A stretch of DNA of 64,000 nt from Nitrospirota bacterium (lineage in GTDB: Bacteria > Nitrospirota > Thermodesulfovibrionia > Thermodesulfovibrionales > UBA9159), in contig CAVOUE010000003.1 in the NCBI GenBank assembly GCA_963699545.1, forward strand, positions 32,001 through 96,000, read 5' to 3'. The position numbers and the translations under genes were made by a program. The notes under the pieces are model-generated. The model searched no databases. It saw only the letters and a program-made list of their open reading frames with translations, and was not told the DNA's origin. This document shows, piece after piece, positions 1 to 10,254 of the stretch (positions are counted from its first letter, which is position 1; the number at the start of each line of letters is the position of its first letter).

Positions 1-519
1 TCCGGTCTTTTTCGCCGCTTCCAGAGACTTGTTGTACTGGTCCGGACTTATCTTCCCTGATTCGAGAAGGATTTCGCACACATTGACGTGTTCCTGCTGC
101 GACGCCGGAAGGATCACATCACCTCGTTTAAGGTAGATCCTGTTGATCACGGAACCTGCCTCGATCTCGAGCACCCCGGTCTTTCCCGTCCTCTTCAAAC
201 CAAGGAAGATATCGGATAATCTGTGGAGGCCGAGCATGCCCCTTATGTGCCCTAACAGGCGGATACCTGCCAGGACACCTCCCGAGATGGTCCGTGTCCA
301 TCTTGTCTCCCCATCAGCGTCGACGCCGATATCACTGATGGTGACGTGAACAATGGGAAAGCCGAGATTGGGCGCATCTTTTATGAAAATACCGAGACCG
401 TCGAGAGAGAAATCGAAAAGTCTGGACCTGAATGGCTTCCCAGAAATAATCAGATCAAAGTCCAGGTGTGCCCGGTGTCTCGGGAAGCTTCTCTTGTCCG
501 GATACTCTGGCATGGCCAT
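1..519 (-). CDS. PilZ-domain + DUF4388-like domain protein (runs off the left window edge)
   Basis: Not in the ORF track; translated by hand from ATG 519/513: MAMPEYPDKRSFPRHR...DFSLDGLGI (PilZ RxxxR and DxSxxG motifs), then GMLGLHRLSDIFLGLKRTGKTGVLEIEAGSVINRIYLKRGDVI, typical of DUF4388. The frame is open to position 1. Confidence 0.75.
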   Translation of the reverse strand, partial: MAMPEYPDKRSFPRHRAHLDFDLIISGKPFRSRLFDFSLDGLGIFIKDAPNLGFPIVHVTISDIGVDADGETRWTRTISGGVLAGIRLLGHIRGMLGLHRLSDIFLGLKRTGKTGVLEIEAGSVINRIYLKRGDVILPASQQEHVNVCEILLESGKISPDQYNKSLEAAKKTG

Positions 520-606
520 TCAGGGAATATTACCAATTACGCGAACATGAGGTCAATAAAGAGAACAGGGCTGATCCCGGTACCGGACACTTCACTCCAT
601 GTCCGC

Positions 607-636
607 AAAAAAAAACGAACTTCCCGGTCACCGGGA
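607..636 (-). terminator. possible intrinsic terminator downstream of the 754-933 gene
   Basis: Hairpin TCCCGG-TCA-CCGGGA (622-636), followed on the minus strand by a T9 tract (A run 607-615); the 6-nt gap is atypical. Confidence 0.4.
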
Positions 637-753
637 TACGGCCTGTGCAGGATCTCCGGCACTACAGCAAAGATTGATGCGTACGATAATGGAGATCACC
701 GCACCCCGCCTTCTCGAAGGACGACTGTCACACTGCTGCAGCAAGAGGGTCGC

Positions 754-933
754 TTATTCAATATTGAAAACCGCCACTTCCTTAATGCCGGGGAGATACT
801 GTCCCACCGGAACAAGTTTCTTGCCCTCATCCACACAGCCGATAACGATCGTCCAGAGTTGGTTCAGTTCTTTTTTCTCCCGGTCATTCTCCGGCGTCAT
901 CTTAAGAAGGGTACCTTCAAGTTCGATCCTCAT
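754..933 (-). CDS. small hypothetical protein (59 aa)
   Basis: ORF MRIELEGTLLKMTPEND...VAVFNIE with a GGAGG RBS upstream of ATG 933. Confidence 0.7.
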   Translation of the reverse strand: MRIELEGTLLKMTPENDREKKELNQLWTIVIGCVDEGKKLVPVGQYLPGIKEVAVFNIE

Positions 934-1108
934 AGAGCTTCCTCCCTGCACAGAATTTATAGCTCAAGTTTACTATATTCTTTCCCGTTCGTAAAGTCAG
1001 GCTGAAATCATGGACAGACGGCAGATTTTGAGAAGGGTTTAATGTTATGCTATCAGGTGACAGCGCTTCGCTGTTAGTGAGCACAACAAATCTCTAAGGA
1101 GTTCCTGC

Positions 1109-1417
1109 ATGAAACGAATTTTGATGTTGATCGTGGTTTTGATGCTTGTCTTTTTGGTGTCACAGGTCCTTTACGCCGGTTCCCAGGAGGCATCTCCGAT
1201 TTCAGGCAAAGTGGTTGAGACCATGGACAGCGGAGGATACACCTATGCCCTCGTTGAGAAGAACGGAAATAAGACCTGGGTTGCTGTTCCCCGGATGAAG
1301 ATAGTGAAAGGACAAGACATCTCTTTCCAGTCAGGTGCAGAGATGGAAAATTTCAAGAGTAAGACCCTTAACCGGACATTCGACAAGATCATCTTCTCAG
1401 GCGGCCCGGTCAAATAG
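1109..1417 (+). CDS. exported small beta-rich protein, NrfJ-like
   Basis: AAGGAG RBS, signal peptide, and GKVVETMDSGGYTY...W.A...MENFKSKTLNRTFDKIIF pattern recalled from NrfJ-related proteins. Confidence 0.65.
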   Translation: MKRILMLIVVLMLVFLVSQVLYAGSQEASPISGKVVETMDSGGYTYALVEKNGNKTWVAVPRMKIVKGQDISFQSGAEMENFKSKTLNRTFDKIIFSGGPVK

Positions 1418-1435
1418 TCAGAAGATCAGTGGAAG

Positions 1436-1461
1436 GGGCGGCCTCACCTATGAAGCCGCCC
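1436..1461. terminator. GC-rich hairpin between convergent ORFs
   Basis: GGGCGGC...GCCGCCC stem; no clear U-tract. Confidence 0.35.
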
Positions 1462-1470
1462 TGCTATGCT

Positions 1471-1683
1471 TTATGCTGCAGGAGCTTGCCCCCCGATAAC
1501 CTCAGGTTTCAGCACAAAGAGCTTCTGGAAAGAGTCAAAGGCCCTTTTTAGTGACCGTTCCACCGCGGGATGTCCCCTGGGATAGATGGACACGTTTCGC
1601 CGGGAAATATTCAAATCCATGACGGTCTGGCGGAGCATCCGTGCATTCAAGGCGGGCTTTCCCCTTTGCTCGGTCATGGCCAT
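1471..1683 (-). pseudogene. probable N-terminal remnant of a HEAT-repeat/HD-GYP-associated protein
   Basis: GGAGG upstream. LNISRRNVSIYPRGHPAVERSL resembles the N-terminal Y-P-x-x-H-P motif of much longer proteins, but the ORF stops at 70 aa. Confidence 0.45.
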
Positions 1684-1828
1684 AGTGTATCAAAATCCTG
1701 CCTCCACCGCCACTGACTTTGGACAAGGGCAGAGCATGATCATCGCCGGTGCAACACCCGTATTTTCCGGGAGGCTTTTTGTTTCTCTTGTGGTAAAATA
1801 TGCATATTCTTCGTGAACGGAGGGCGGT

Positions 1829-2293
1829 ATGAAGGTAATCGAAGGTGAATTGCAGGCAAAGGGGTTGAAGGTCGGTATCATTGTCAGCAGGTTTAATGAT
1901 TTCATCACCAGCAAACTGCTGGACGGCGCACTCGACGCGCTCCGCAGGCATGGCGCAGATGAAAAGGATATAGAGGTCGTGAAGGTCCCGGGCTCTTTCG
2001 AGATTCCGCTGGTCGCAAAAAAATTGGCGGCTAAAGGCATATACAGCGCTATCATATGTCTTGGCACAGTGATTCGTGGCGCCACACCGCACTTTGAATA
2101 TGTGTCGGCGGAGGTATCCAAGGGGATCGCTTCTGCATCCATGGAAACGGGCGTCCCCATTGCCTTCGGGATCATCACCTCTGATACCATTGAGCAGGCG
2201 GTGGAGAGGGCCGGAACAAAAAGCGGGAACAAGGGCTGGGACGCGGCCATTACGGCCATTGAGATGGCGCAGGTAATGAAGAAGCTCGCATGA
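1829..2293 (+). CDS. ribH: 6,7-dimethyl-8-ribityllumazine synthase
   Basis: [26 protein letters not shown] and GTKSGNKG motifs; upstream of nusB. Confidence 0.97.
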   Translation: MKVIEGELQAKGLKVGIIVSRFNDFITSKLLDGALDALRRHGADEKDIEVVKVPGSFEIPLVAKKLAAKGIYSAIICLGTVIRGATPHFEYVSAEVSKGIASASMETGVPIAFGIITSDTIEQAVERAGTKSGNKGWDAAITAIEMAQVMKKLA

Positions 2294-2709
2294 AGCGTCG
2301 GAAGGGAAGGGAATATGCGTTCCAATTTCTCTTTCAATGCGACTTCACCGGCAAGAAACCGGATAAAAAGGATTTTGCTGAGTTCTGGACGGACAGGAAC
2401 GGAGATGCTGATGGCAGGGAGTTCACCGAGGATATTGTCTACGGCACCATTCATCACCGTTCTGAAATAGACGCGGCAATACAGAAAGCGGCAGAGCACT
2501 GGATCCTGCAGAGAATGGCCGCCGTGGACCGCAATATTCTCAGGCTGGCCACCTATGAACTGCTCTACCGCACGGACATCCCTTCCGCGGTCACCATAAA
2601 TGAGGCGATAGAAATAGCAAAAAGATACTCTTCCATCGAATCTGCGGCTTTCATAAACGGCATACTCGACACCATCGCAAAGGGGATAGAAGGCAAAAGG
2701 AAACGATAA
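2290..2709 (+). CDS. nusB: transcription antitermination factor NusB
   Basis: [26 protein letters not shown] and FINGILD motifs; ATGA overlap with ribH. Confidence 0.96.
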   Translation: MKRRKGREYAFQFLFQCDFTGKKPDKKDFAEFWTDRNGDADGREFTEDIVYGTIHHRSEIDAAIQKAAEHWILQRMAAVDRNILRLATYELLYRTDIPSAVTINEAIEIAKRYSSIESAAFINGILDTIAKGIEGKRKR

Positions 2710-3435
2710 ATGCATTACGCGGTCATTTCAGATGTCCACGGGAACCTTGAGGCCCTCGAGGCCGTGCTGGATGATGTACGAAGGATAAAAACAGAGGGGA
2801 TCATCTTCCTGGGAGATGCCGTCGGCTATGGACCGAACCCCAACGAATGCGTGACGTTACTGAAAGAAAGCTGCACAATCATGCTGGCAGGAAACCATGA
2901 CCGTGCGGCCGTCGGTCTCACGGATGCAGAACATTTTAATGAGTACGCAAAGGCAGCCATACTCTGGACCCGTGAGGTGCTCACTGACAAAAGCCGGAAG
3001 TATCTCGAAACGCTCCCGGTGAGCAAGAAGATGAGGAAGGAGAATATTCTCTTCGTCCATTCAACACCAAAGGGACCTGAAGAATGGCATTACCTGCGCA
3101 CCCTCTGGGACGCCGAGATCAACTTTCATTACTTCGCCGAGCGGATCTGCGTCCTCGGTCACAGCCACGTCCCTTTCCTCATAGAGAGGTTGCCGTCCGG
3201 CGAGATGGTCACCCACAGGACGAAGGCTGCCCTGGGTGAAAGCAAACGATATATCATAAATGCCGGCAGTGTTGGTCAGCCAAGGGACAGGGACCCCAGA
3301 GCGTGCTACCTGCTTCTGGACAGGGATCAGGCGGAATTTGTCAGGGTCGATTACCGGAGAGAAGAGACCGAGCGTAAGATGCATGAGGCAGGGCTTCCCT
3401 TGCCCCTGATCGAGAGACTTTCACGGGGAACGTAA
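2710..3435 (+). CDS. metallophosphoesterase (calcineurin-like, Metallophos_2)
   Basis: SDVHGN, LGDAVGYGP, GNHD, GHSH and NAGSVGQPRD motifs. Confidence 0.92.
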   Translation: MHYAVISDVHGNLEALEAVLDDVRRIKTEGIIFLGDAVGYGPNPNECVTLLKESCTIMLAGNHDRAAVGLTDAEHFNEYAKAAILWTREVLTDKSRKYLETLPVSKKMRKENILFVHSTPKGPEEWHYLRTLWDAEINFHYFAERICVLGHSHVPFLIERLPSGEMVTHRTKAALGESKRYIINAGSVGQPRDRDPRACYLLLDRDQAEFVRVDYRREETERKMHEAGLPLPLIERLSRGT

Positions 3436-3507
3436 GGAAGATATCACGAGTAAAGGTTTCACAGCTTTGATACTCTGATGCGATGACACTTTCATAAAGG
3501 AGACAAG

Positions 3508-4812
3508 ATGATAACACGGTATACTCGCCCTGAAATGGGCAGGATATGGACTCTGGAGAGCAAATATATGAAGTGGCTTGAAGTGGAGATCGCTGCCTGT
3601 GAGGCGTGGACCGAGAGAGGAGAGATTCCGGTGGCGGTCCTCAAGACGATCAGGAAGAGGGCGCGTTTTGACGCGGACAGAATCGATGAGCTCGAGAAGA
3701 CCGTGAAACACGATGTCATCGCGTTCCTCACCTCGGTGGCGGAGAATGTGGGACCGGAGTCGCGGTTTATCCACAAAGGGCTGACGTCCTCTGACATCGT
3801 TGATACCGCCCTTTCGCTCCTCATGCGGGAGGCCTCTGACGTACTTCTCGGGGATATGCGAGAATTGCTGGATGTCATGAAAAAGCAGGCATTCAGGTTC
3901 AAGAATACGCCTTGCATAGGCCGCAGCCACGGCGTCCATGCCGAACCCATGACCTTTGGACTGAAGTTCGCCCTCTGGTATGAGGACTTCAGGCGGAATC
4001 TGGCAAGGATGAGAAGGGCTAAGGAGATCATCAGTATCGGAAAACTCTCAGGGGCCGTTGGTACGTTCTCGAATATTCCCCCGGCTATCGAAGAACAGGT
4101 ATGCAGGAAGCTCAAGCTCAAACCGGAGACGGTGGCTACGCAGGTGATCCAGAGGGACAGACATGGGGAGTACCTTCTGACCCTCGCTTTAATCGCCGCT
4201 TCTGTCGAAAGGATCGCGGTGGAGATACGGCACCTTCAGAGGACCGAAGTCCTGGAGGCTGAGGAGCCTTTCGAGGCCGGCCAGAAGGGCTCGTCCGCCA
4301 TGCCGCACAAGAGGAATCCCGTGGGCTCTGAAAACCTTTCGGGCCTCGCCAGAGTAGTGAGGGCGAACGCTCTGGCAGCCCTGGAGGATGTTGCATTGTG
4401 GCACGAAAGAGACATATCACATTCGTCAGTCGAGCGGATCATCATCCCTGACAGCTCCATACTTGTCGACTACATGCTCAATCGCCTCAAGAACATTCTG
4501 GATGGTCTTCTCGTATACCCCGAAAGGATGAAAGAGAACATTGACAGGAGTTACGGCCTCTACAACTCCCAGAGGGTCATGCTCGCCCTCACCGAAAAGG
4601 GACTCAGCAGGGAAGATGCCTACGCCATTGTCCAGAGAAACGCCATGAAGAGCTGGAAAGAGGGAAAAGAATTCAAGGGCCTGTTGCTGAAAGACAGGAA
4701 CGTCAGGAAATATCTCACCCCAAGAGCGATGGATGACCTTTTCGATCTGAAGCACTATTTCAGGAATGTGGATTATATCTTCGCCAGAGTCTTCGGAAAG
4801 GAAAAGGCATGA
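3508..4812 (+). CDS. purB: adenylosuccinate lyase
   Basis: HDVIAF, GLTSSD, GRSHGVHAEP and GSSAMPHKRNP signatures. Confidence 0.97.
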   Translation: MITRYTRPEMGRIWTLESKYMKWLEVEIAACEAWTERGEIPVAVLKTIRKRARFDADRIDELEKTVKHDVIAFLTSVAENVGPESRFIHKGLTSSDIVDTALSLLMREASDVLLGDMRELLDVMKKQAFRFKNTPCIGRSHGVHAEPMTFGLKFALWYEDFRRNLARMRRAKEIISIGKLSGAVGTFSNIPPAIEEQVCRKLKLKPETVATQVIQRDRHGEYLLTLALIAASVERIAVEIRHLQRTEVLEAEEPFEAGQKGSSAMPHKRNPVGSENLSGLARVVRANALAALEDVALWHERDISHSSVERIIIPDSSILVDYMLNRLKNILDGLLVYPERMKENIDRSYGLYNSQRVMLALTEKGLSREDAYAIVQRNAMKSWKEGKEFKGLLLKDRNVRKYLTPRAMDDLFDLKHYFRNVDYIFARVFGKEKA

Positions 4813-4994
4813 AGGCCAGCGTGAGGGTCACGCTGAAAACAGGATCCGCTGAGGACGCTCAACGGCTTCTCATGATGGTCTGCGAAGGGCTCGTTGCAAG
4901 CGGCTCTATAGAGGACTACAGTTTCGAGATAGAGACCGACAAAGGCGTGGTCACTGAAAAATGCATCCTTTCAGAAGGCGGGGTCATCGCCTGA
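4809..4994 (+). CDS. internally deleted PurS-like protein (possibly vestigial)
   Basis: N-terminal MKASVRVTLK.G and C-terminal half MVCEGLVASGSIEDYSFEIE match the PurS ends, but the central conserved DP-containing segment is missing. Lies between purB and purL. Confidence 0.55.
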   Translation: MKASVRVTLKTGSAEDAQRLLMMVCEGLVASGSIEDYSFEIETDKGVVTEKCILSEGGVIA

Positions 4995-5105
4995 CGAAGA
5001 TGAGAATGCCGGTCGGCAGAAAAAGATTCTCAGCGCCCGTCCCATCCCGTAATAAGCTGTTATACTATGAACCGCTGTCAGATTTCTTAGCGGGAGGATA
5101 ATAAA

Positions 5106-8100
5106 GTGTCTTTGCTGTACTCTTATCGTAAACCGGTCCTTTCCGAGAGGAAGAAAAGGGACCTCCTGTCCCTGGTGAAGGACAGGGTTGCATCCGGGAT
5201 AGAGGATATCCTGACGGAGTATTGTTTTTATATCGAGGCAAAAGAGCCCCTTAAGCCTGAGGAGATGGGATTGCTCCGATGGCTCCTGCGAGAGACCTTC
5301 GAACCTGACAACTTTTCCGGTGAAAGTTTTCTCAATGGGAACTCCGAACGCCGAACCAGAGACTGTCTTTTGGAGGTCGGTCCCCGGATGAACTTCACCA
5401 CCGCGTGGTCAACCAATGCTGTTTCCGTCTGCCATGCCTGCGGGTTGTCAAAGGTCACGAGGATCGAACGTTCAAGGAGGTACAGGTTGGTCTTCGCAGA
5501 CATGGGTCAGGGGGTCCAAGGGGTGGAAGGTCCTCCACCGGAATCCTTGACCCCTCGACCCCTTGAATCCGTCGCAACAAAAGCATTTCTGGACCTCGTC
5601 CACGACCGGATGACGGAATGCCTCTACCCCGAAAGGCTCCGGACCTTTGATCCGGGAATAAAGCCTGAACGTGTGTCCGAGGTGAAAATCCTGGAAGAAG
5701 GCAAGACAGTCATTGAAAAGGTCAGCCGGGAGCTTGGGCTTGGCCTTGATGAGTGGGATATGGAGTACTATTACAACCTTTTTGCCCGGGACCTCAAGAG
5801 AAATCCAACGAATGTCGAATGCTTTGACCTCGGCCAGTCAAACAGCGAACACTCAAGGCACTGGTTCTTTAGGGGCAGGCTCGTGATCGACGGGGAAGAG
5901 GTGCGCCACACCCTCATGGAGCTCATAAAGGAGCCGTACAAAAAGAATCCGAACAACAGCGTTATCGCCTTCAACGATAACTCCAGCGCCATACAAGGCT
6001 ACAGGATCAGGACCATCATTCCTGAAAGACCCGGCAGGCCGTCACCCTTTGCCGAAAGGGATGTGACGTATCACGTCATATTCACCGCAGAGACCCATAA
6101 CTTCCCCAGCGGGGTAGCTCCTTTCCCGGGCGCAGAGACAGGGACGGGCGGCAGGATCAGAGATGTCCAGGCGGTGGGACGGGGTGGGCTCGTGGTGGCG
6201 GGCACCGCTGCATATTGTGTCGGCAATCTCCTGATCCCCGGGTATGCCCTTCCGTGGGAGGATGAATCGCTTGCGTACCCGGCAAATCTTGCTTCTCCGT
6301 TACAGATAGAGATCGAGGCGAGCAACGGCGCATCAGACTACGGGAACAAGTTCGGAGAGCCCGTGATCCAGGGCTATACGAGATCTTTTGGGCTCAAGCT
6401 CCCCAGTGGAGAGAGAAGAGAGTGGATAAAGCCCATCATGTTCACGGGCGGGATAGGCAATATGGATGAAGGTCATGTGGCCAAAGGGGAACCCGAAAGG
6501 GGTATGCTGGTGGTCAAGATCGGAGGTCCTGCATACCGTATCGGTATCGGAGGGGGCGCGGCATCCAGCATGATACAGGGAGAGAATGTAGAGGAACTGG
6601 ACTTCAATGCCGTTCAGCGCGGAGATGCAGAGATGGAACAGAAGATGAACAGGGTCATCCGTGCCTGCGTCGAGTTGGAAGAGAAGAACCCGATCATAAG
6701 CATCCACGACCAGGGTGCAGGCGGAAACTGTAACGTGATAAAGGAGCTGATCTATCCTGCAGGAGCGAAGATAGAGATCAGAAAAATTCCGCTGGGTGAC
6801 AACACCCTCTCGGTCCTCGAAATATGGGGCGCAGAATATCAGGAGGCCAATGCCCTCTTGATACGCCAAGAGAGCGCGGAAATGTTCGGGGAAATGTGCA
6901 ACAGGGAGAAGGTCCCTTATGCCATTGTGGGGCAGATAACAGGGGATGGATACGTCGTTCTCCATGATGAGAATGATGGAAGTACCCCGGTGAACCTGGA
7001 CCTCAGGAAGGTCTTGGGGGAGATGCCCCGGAAGACCTTCACGTTCAACAGGATCAGACCGGCACTTGCCCCTCTCGGACTGGAAGGGATAGCGGTGAGA
7101 GATGCCCTGGAAAGGGTCCTCAGGCTCGTCTCCGTCGGCTCAAAGAGATTCCTCGTCAATAAAGTGGACAGGTCTGTTACAGGTCTGATCGCAAGGCAAC
7201 AGTGTGCAGGCCCGCTCCAGCTTACGGTATCGGATGTCGCGGTGGTCGGCCAGAGTCATTTCGGAACCACCGGCGCAGCACTCTCCATCGGTGAACAGCC
7301 GGTCAAGGGATTGGTTGATCCTGCTGCCATGGCGAGGATGTCGGTGGCGGAGGCCCTCACCAATATTGTCTGGGCAAAGGTGAGCGGCCTTGAGGATATA
7401 CGGTGTTCGGGGAACTGGATGTGGCCTGCAAAACTCCCGGGAGAAGGGGCGGCCCTTTATGATGCTGCCGTGGCAATGAAGGACATCATGCTTGCCCTGG
7501 GGATCGCGGTGGACGGGGGCAAGGACAGCCTTTCCATGGCAGCGGTAGTGACAAAAAAAGACGGAACAAGAGAGATCGTTAAGGCCCCAGGTACGCTGGT
7601 AGTCTCCGCATATGCTACCTGCCCTGATATCACAAAGGTCATAACCCCGGACATAAAAAGACCTGGCCGGAGCAAACTCCTCCATATCGACCTGGGAGCG
7701 GGGAAACACAGGCTGGGCGGCTCTTCCCTTGCCCATGTGTACGGACAGATCGGGGATGAGTCTCCGGACGTGGAAGATCCCGGACTGCTGAAGCGCTCTT
7801 TTGAGGTTGTACAAACACTCATTGATGAGGGTCTGATCCTTTCGGGGCATGATGTCAGTGACGGCGGGTTGATGGTGACCCTCCTTGAGATGGCCTTTGC
7901 AGGGAACTGCGGCCTTGACGTGAACATTGACGACAGCGCGAAAGTGCGGAAGCCTGGGGGCGCAATCGTCCGCAGTGATTTCCGAACTTCCCGACTTCCG
8001 AACTTCAGCGCTTTCCGTCTTGTTCGCTGAAGAAGCAGGGCTTGTCATGGAGTGTTCCCCTGATGACACGGAAAGGGTCTTCACTGTCCTCAGAAATGCA

Positions 8101-9162
8101 GAGGTACCGTATCAGGTCATCGGAAAAACCATCCCGGAAAGAGAGATATGGATACGGTTTTGCGATGAGCCGGTTCTCCATGAGGGCATGGGGACATTGC
8201 GGTCGATGTGGGAAGAGACGAGCTATCGTCTGGACAGGCTTCAGGCCGATCCCGCATGTGTCGATGAGGAATGGAAGAGCATCTCCGAAAGGACGGGGCC
8301 TCGCTTCGAGCTCACCTTCACCCCGGAACAAACCCCTTCCGATATTCTCGGCAGGAAAGGGAACCCACGGGTCGCGATCATCAGGGAGGAAGGGAGCAAC
8401 GGCGACAGGGAGATGACATCGGCCTTTCACCTTGCAGGCTTCGAGACATGGGATGTTTCGATGGGAGACCTCATCCACGGGGATATGACGTTGGATCGGT
8501 TCATCGGTATCGCCTTCGTGGGCGGTTTCAGTTACGCAGATGTACTGGATTCGGCAAAGGGATGGGGGGGGGTGATACGGTTTCACACAAAGCTCTTCGA
8601 GCAGTTCCAGGGGTTCTATGAGAGGAAGGACACCTTCAGCCTCGGGGTATGCAACGGCTGCCAGCTCATGGCTTTGCTGGGCTGGGTCCCGTGGCAGGGG
8701 ATAGAGGACAGCTTCCAGCCGAGGTTCATTCGCAACCGGTCGGGCCGTTTTGAGTCACGGTTCGCAGCGGTAAAGATCCTCCCCAGTCCCTCCATCATGC
8801 TCGGGGGGATGGAAGGTTCGACACTGGGTATCTGGGTTGCCCACGGAGAGGGCATGGTATATTTCGCGGATGAAGTCACAAGGAAGAAAGTGCTTGACCT
8901 CGGCATTGCACCGGTAAGATATGTGGATGACGCCGGGAGGATTACCGAGTCCTATCCCTTCAACCCCAACGGCTCCCCCGAAGGGATCGCTTCCCTCTGC
9001 ACGCCCGACGGCAGACACCTCGCCATCATGCCCCATCCGGAGAGGACATTTCTGAAATGGCAGTGGCCGTGGATGCCGGAAGAATGGAAGAATACCCTTA
9101 AGGCATCACCCTGGCTCAGGATGTTCCAGAACGCGCGTCAGTGGTGTGATCGGAAAGAGTAA
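5106..9162 (+). CDS. purL: phosphoribosylformylglycinamidine synthase, large fused type (one apparent frameshift near 7935-8010)
   Basis: QSNSEHSRH, ETHNFP, HDQGAGG, GGKDSLSM and HDVSDGG in ORF 5106-8030. The glutaminase domain (GGFSYADVL, GVCNGCQ, AHGEG, MPHPER) is in ORF 7927-9162, in the +1 frame. Confidence 0.93.
5504..5570. repeat. in-frame palindromic mini-insertion in purL built from ~8-nt units
   Basis: Left arm GGGTCCAAGGGGTGGAAGG versus the reverse complement of the right arm GGATTCAAGGGGTCGAGGGG; encodes low-complexity GQGVQGVEGPPPESLTPRPLES. Confidence 0.6.
7935..8012. repeat. second palindromic mini-insertion in purL, overlapping the frameshift
   Basis: Left arm AGCGCGAAAGTGCGGAAG versus the reverse complement of the right arm AGCGCTGAAGTTCGGAAG; internal CTTCCGAA-type 8-nt units. 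Confidence 0.6.
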
Positions 9163-9285
9163 TCCCGGCTTATCTCCTGATACATTCTTCTGCTCGCTGG
9201 TTCAGGGACATATAAAGCAACCTTCCGAAGCAGACATCCCGAGAAGCCATGGACAGAGGGGCCTTCTCTGAGGTAATATTAAAGC

Positions 9286-9966
9286 ATGATGAACGGGACA
9301 CTCCTCGGGAAGATTATGAGGAACATCAATGTGCTGAATGTGCTGCTTCTTGCACTGGTCATTGCTCTTGCCGCTTACATATTGCCTCCGGTCCTTAATG
9401 TAAGCGTTTCCTACACCCTGCCTGCTCAAAAAAAGGTCGCGCAACAGAAGGAAGTAATACCTGCTGTAGTGCAACCGCCGTCTGCTATGGAATACACAGT
9501 CATCAGTGAACAGAATCTCTTCCATCCCGAGAGGAAAATCTCTGCCGAGAAGAAAGACGAAAAGCCCTTGCCGAAACCGGAATTTGTTCTTTACGGTACT
9601 CTCATCACGAGCGATGAAAGCCTTGCCTTCATGGAAGACCGCAAGGCCCCACAGACAACCTCGGGCAGAGGGAAAAGACAGAGGACCCTCGGACTGGGAG
9701 GGACGTTTAGCGGTTATACCCTTAGCCGGATATACGAGGACCGGGTTATCATGGCAAGAGGCGAAGACAAAATTGAGGTAAGGGTCCACGACCTCTCGAA
9801 GACGAGGGGAGTTGCAGATACAACCCCGGGTCCAGATTCCGCGGTAGGAACTCCCGCCGCACCACGGAAACCGTCGGTACGAACACCCGCCACCGCATCA
9901 CGGCAAACTTCGGCGCCGGTTCCCCGCTCCCCCAGAAGGGTGCGACCAACTCCCTCTGAAGATTAA
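9286..9966 (+). CDS. type II secretion GspC-like protein (TM + HR domain, Pro-rich tail, no PDZ)
   Basis: Single N-terminal TM, NLFHPER, FVLYGTLI...AF, and GYTLSRIYEDRVIMARGEDKIEV typical of GspC/PilP-like HR domains. Confidence 0.7.
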   Translation: MMNGTLLGKIMRNINVLNVLLLALVIALAAYILPPVLNVSVSYTLPAQKKVAQQKEVIPAVVQPPSAMEYTVISEQNLFHPERKISAEKKDEKPLPKPEFVLYGTLITSDESLAFMEDRKAPQTTSGRGKRQRTLGLGGTFSGYTLSRIYEDRVIMARGEDKIEVRVHDLSKTRGVADTTPGPDSAVGTPAAPRKPSVRTPATASRQTSAPVPRSPRRVRPTPSED

Positions 9967-10254
9967 CGGTTTAGTGCCTTTTTTTCATAAGTCCCTTAAT
10001 TCCCCTTTGTCAGAGATTGGAGCTAGTGATACTTGCCCTGCAGCACAAAGATCCAATGTGAGAAAGCAAAAAGCCCTTAGAAGTTTATCGAAAGAGATAA
10101 TCTATCTTAACTTGCATCATAGTCTCCCATTTTGCAAAACGCCTTGCTATAGGATATGTCGTTGTGATACTCTACTCCTCAGGTGGATAATTGTCCGCAT
10201 GCTTTATACCCCATCGCAAGTAAAAAAACAGCTTAGAACCGCTTCCCTCTTCAC

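Noticed and set aside
346-1005. 219-aa plus-strand ORF and overlapping small ORFs
   Set aside because: Antisense to the PilZ/DUF4388 gene and the 754-933 gene, with no recognisable motifs.
1684-1828. FMN riboswitch upstream of ribH
   Set aside because: The conserved AGGGCGGGGTGAAATTCCC-type core is absent.
1690-2715. 341-aa minus-strand ORF (and similar long antisense ORFs, e.g. 7140-8084, 26939-27727)
   Set aside because: Shadow ORFs opposite well-supported genes (ribH/nusB, purL, BNR protein).
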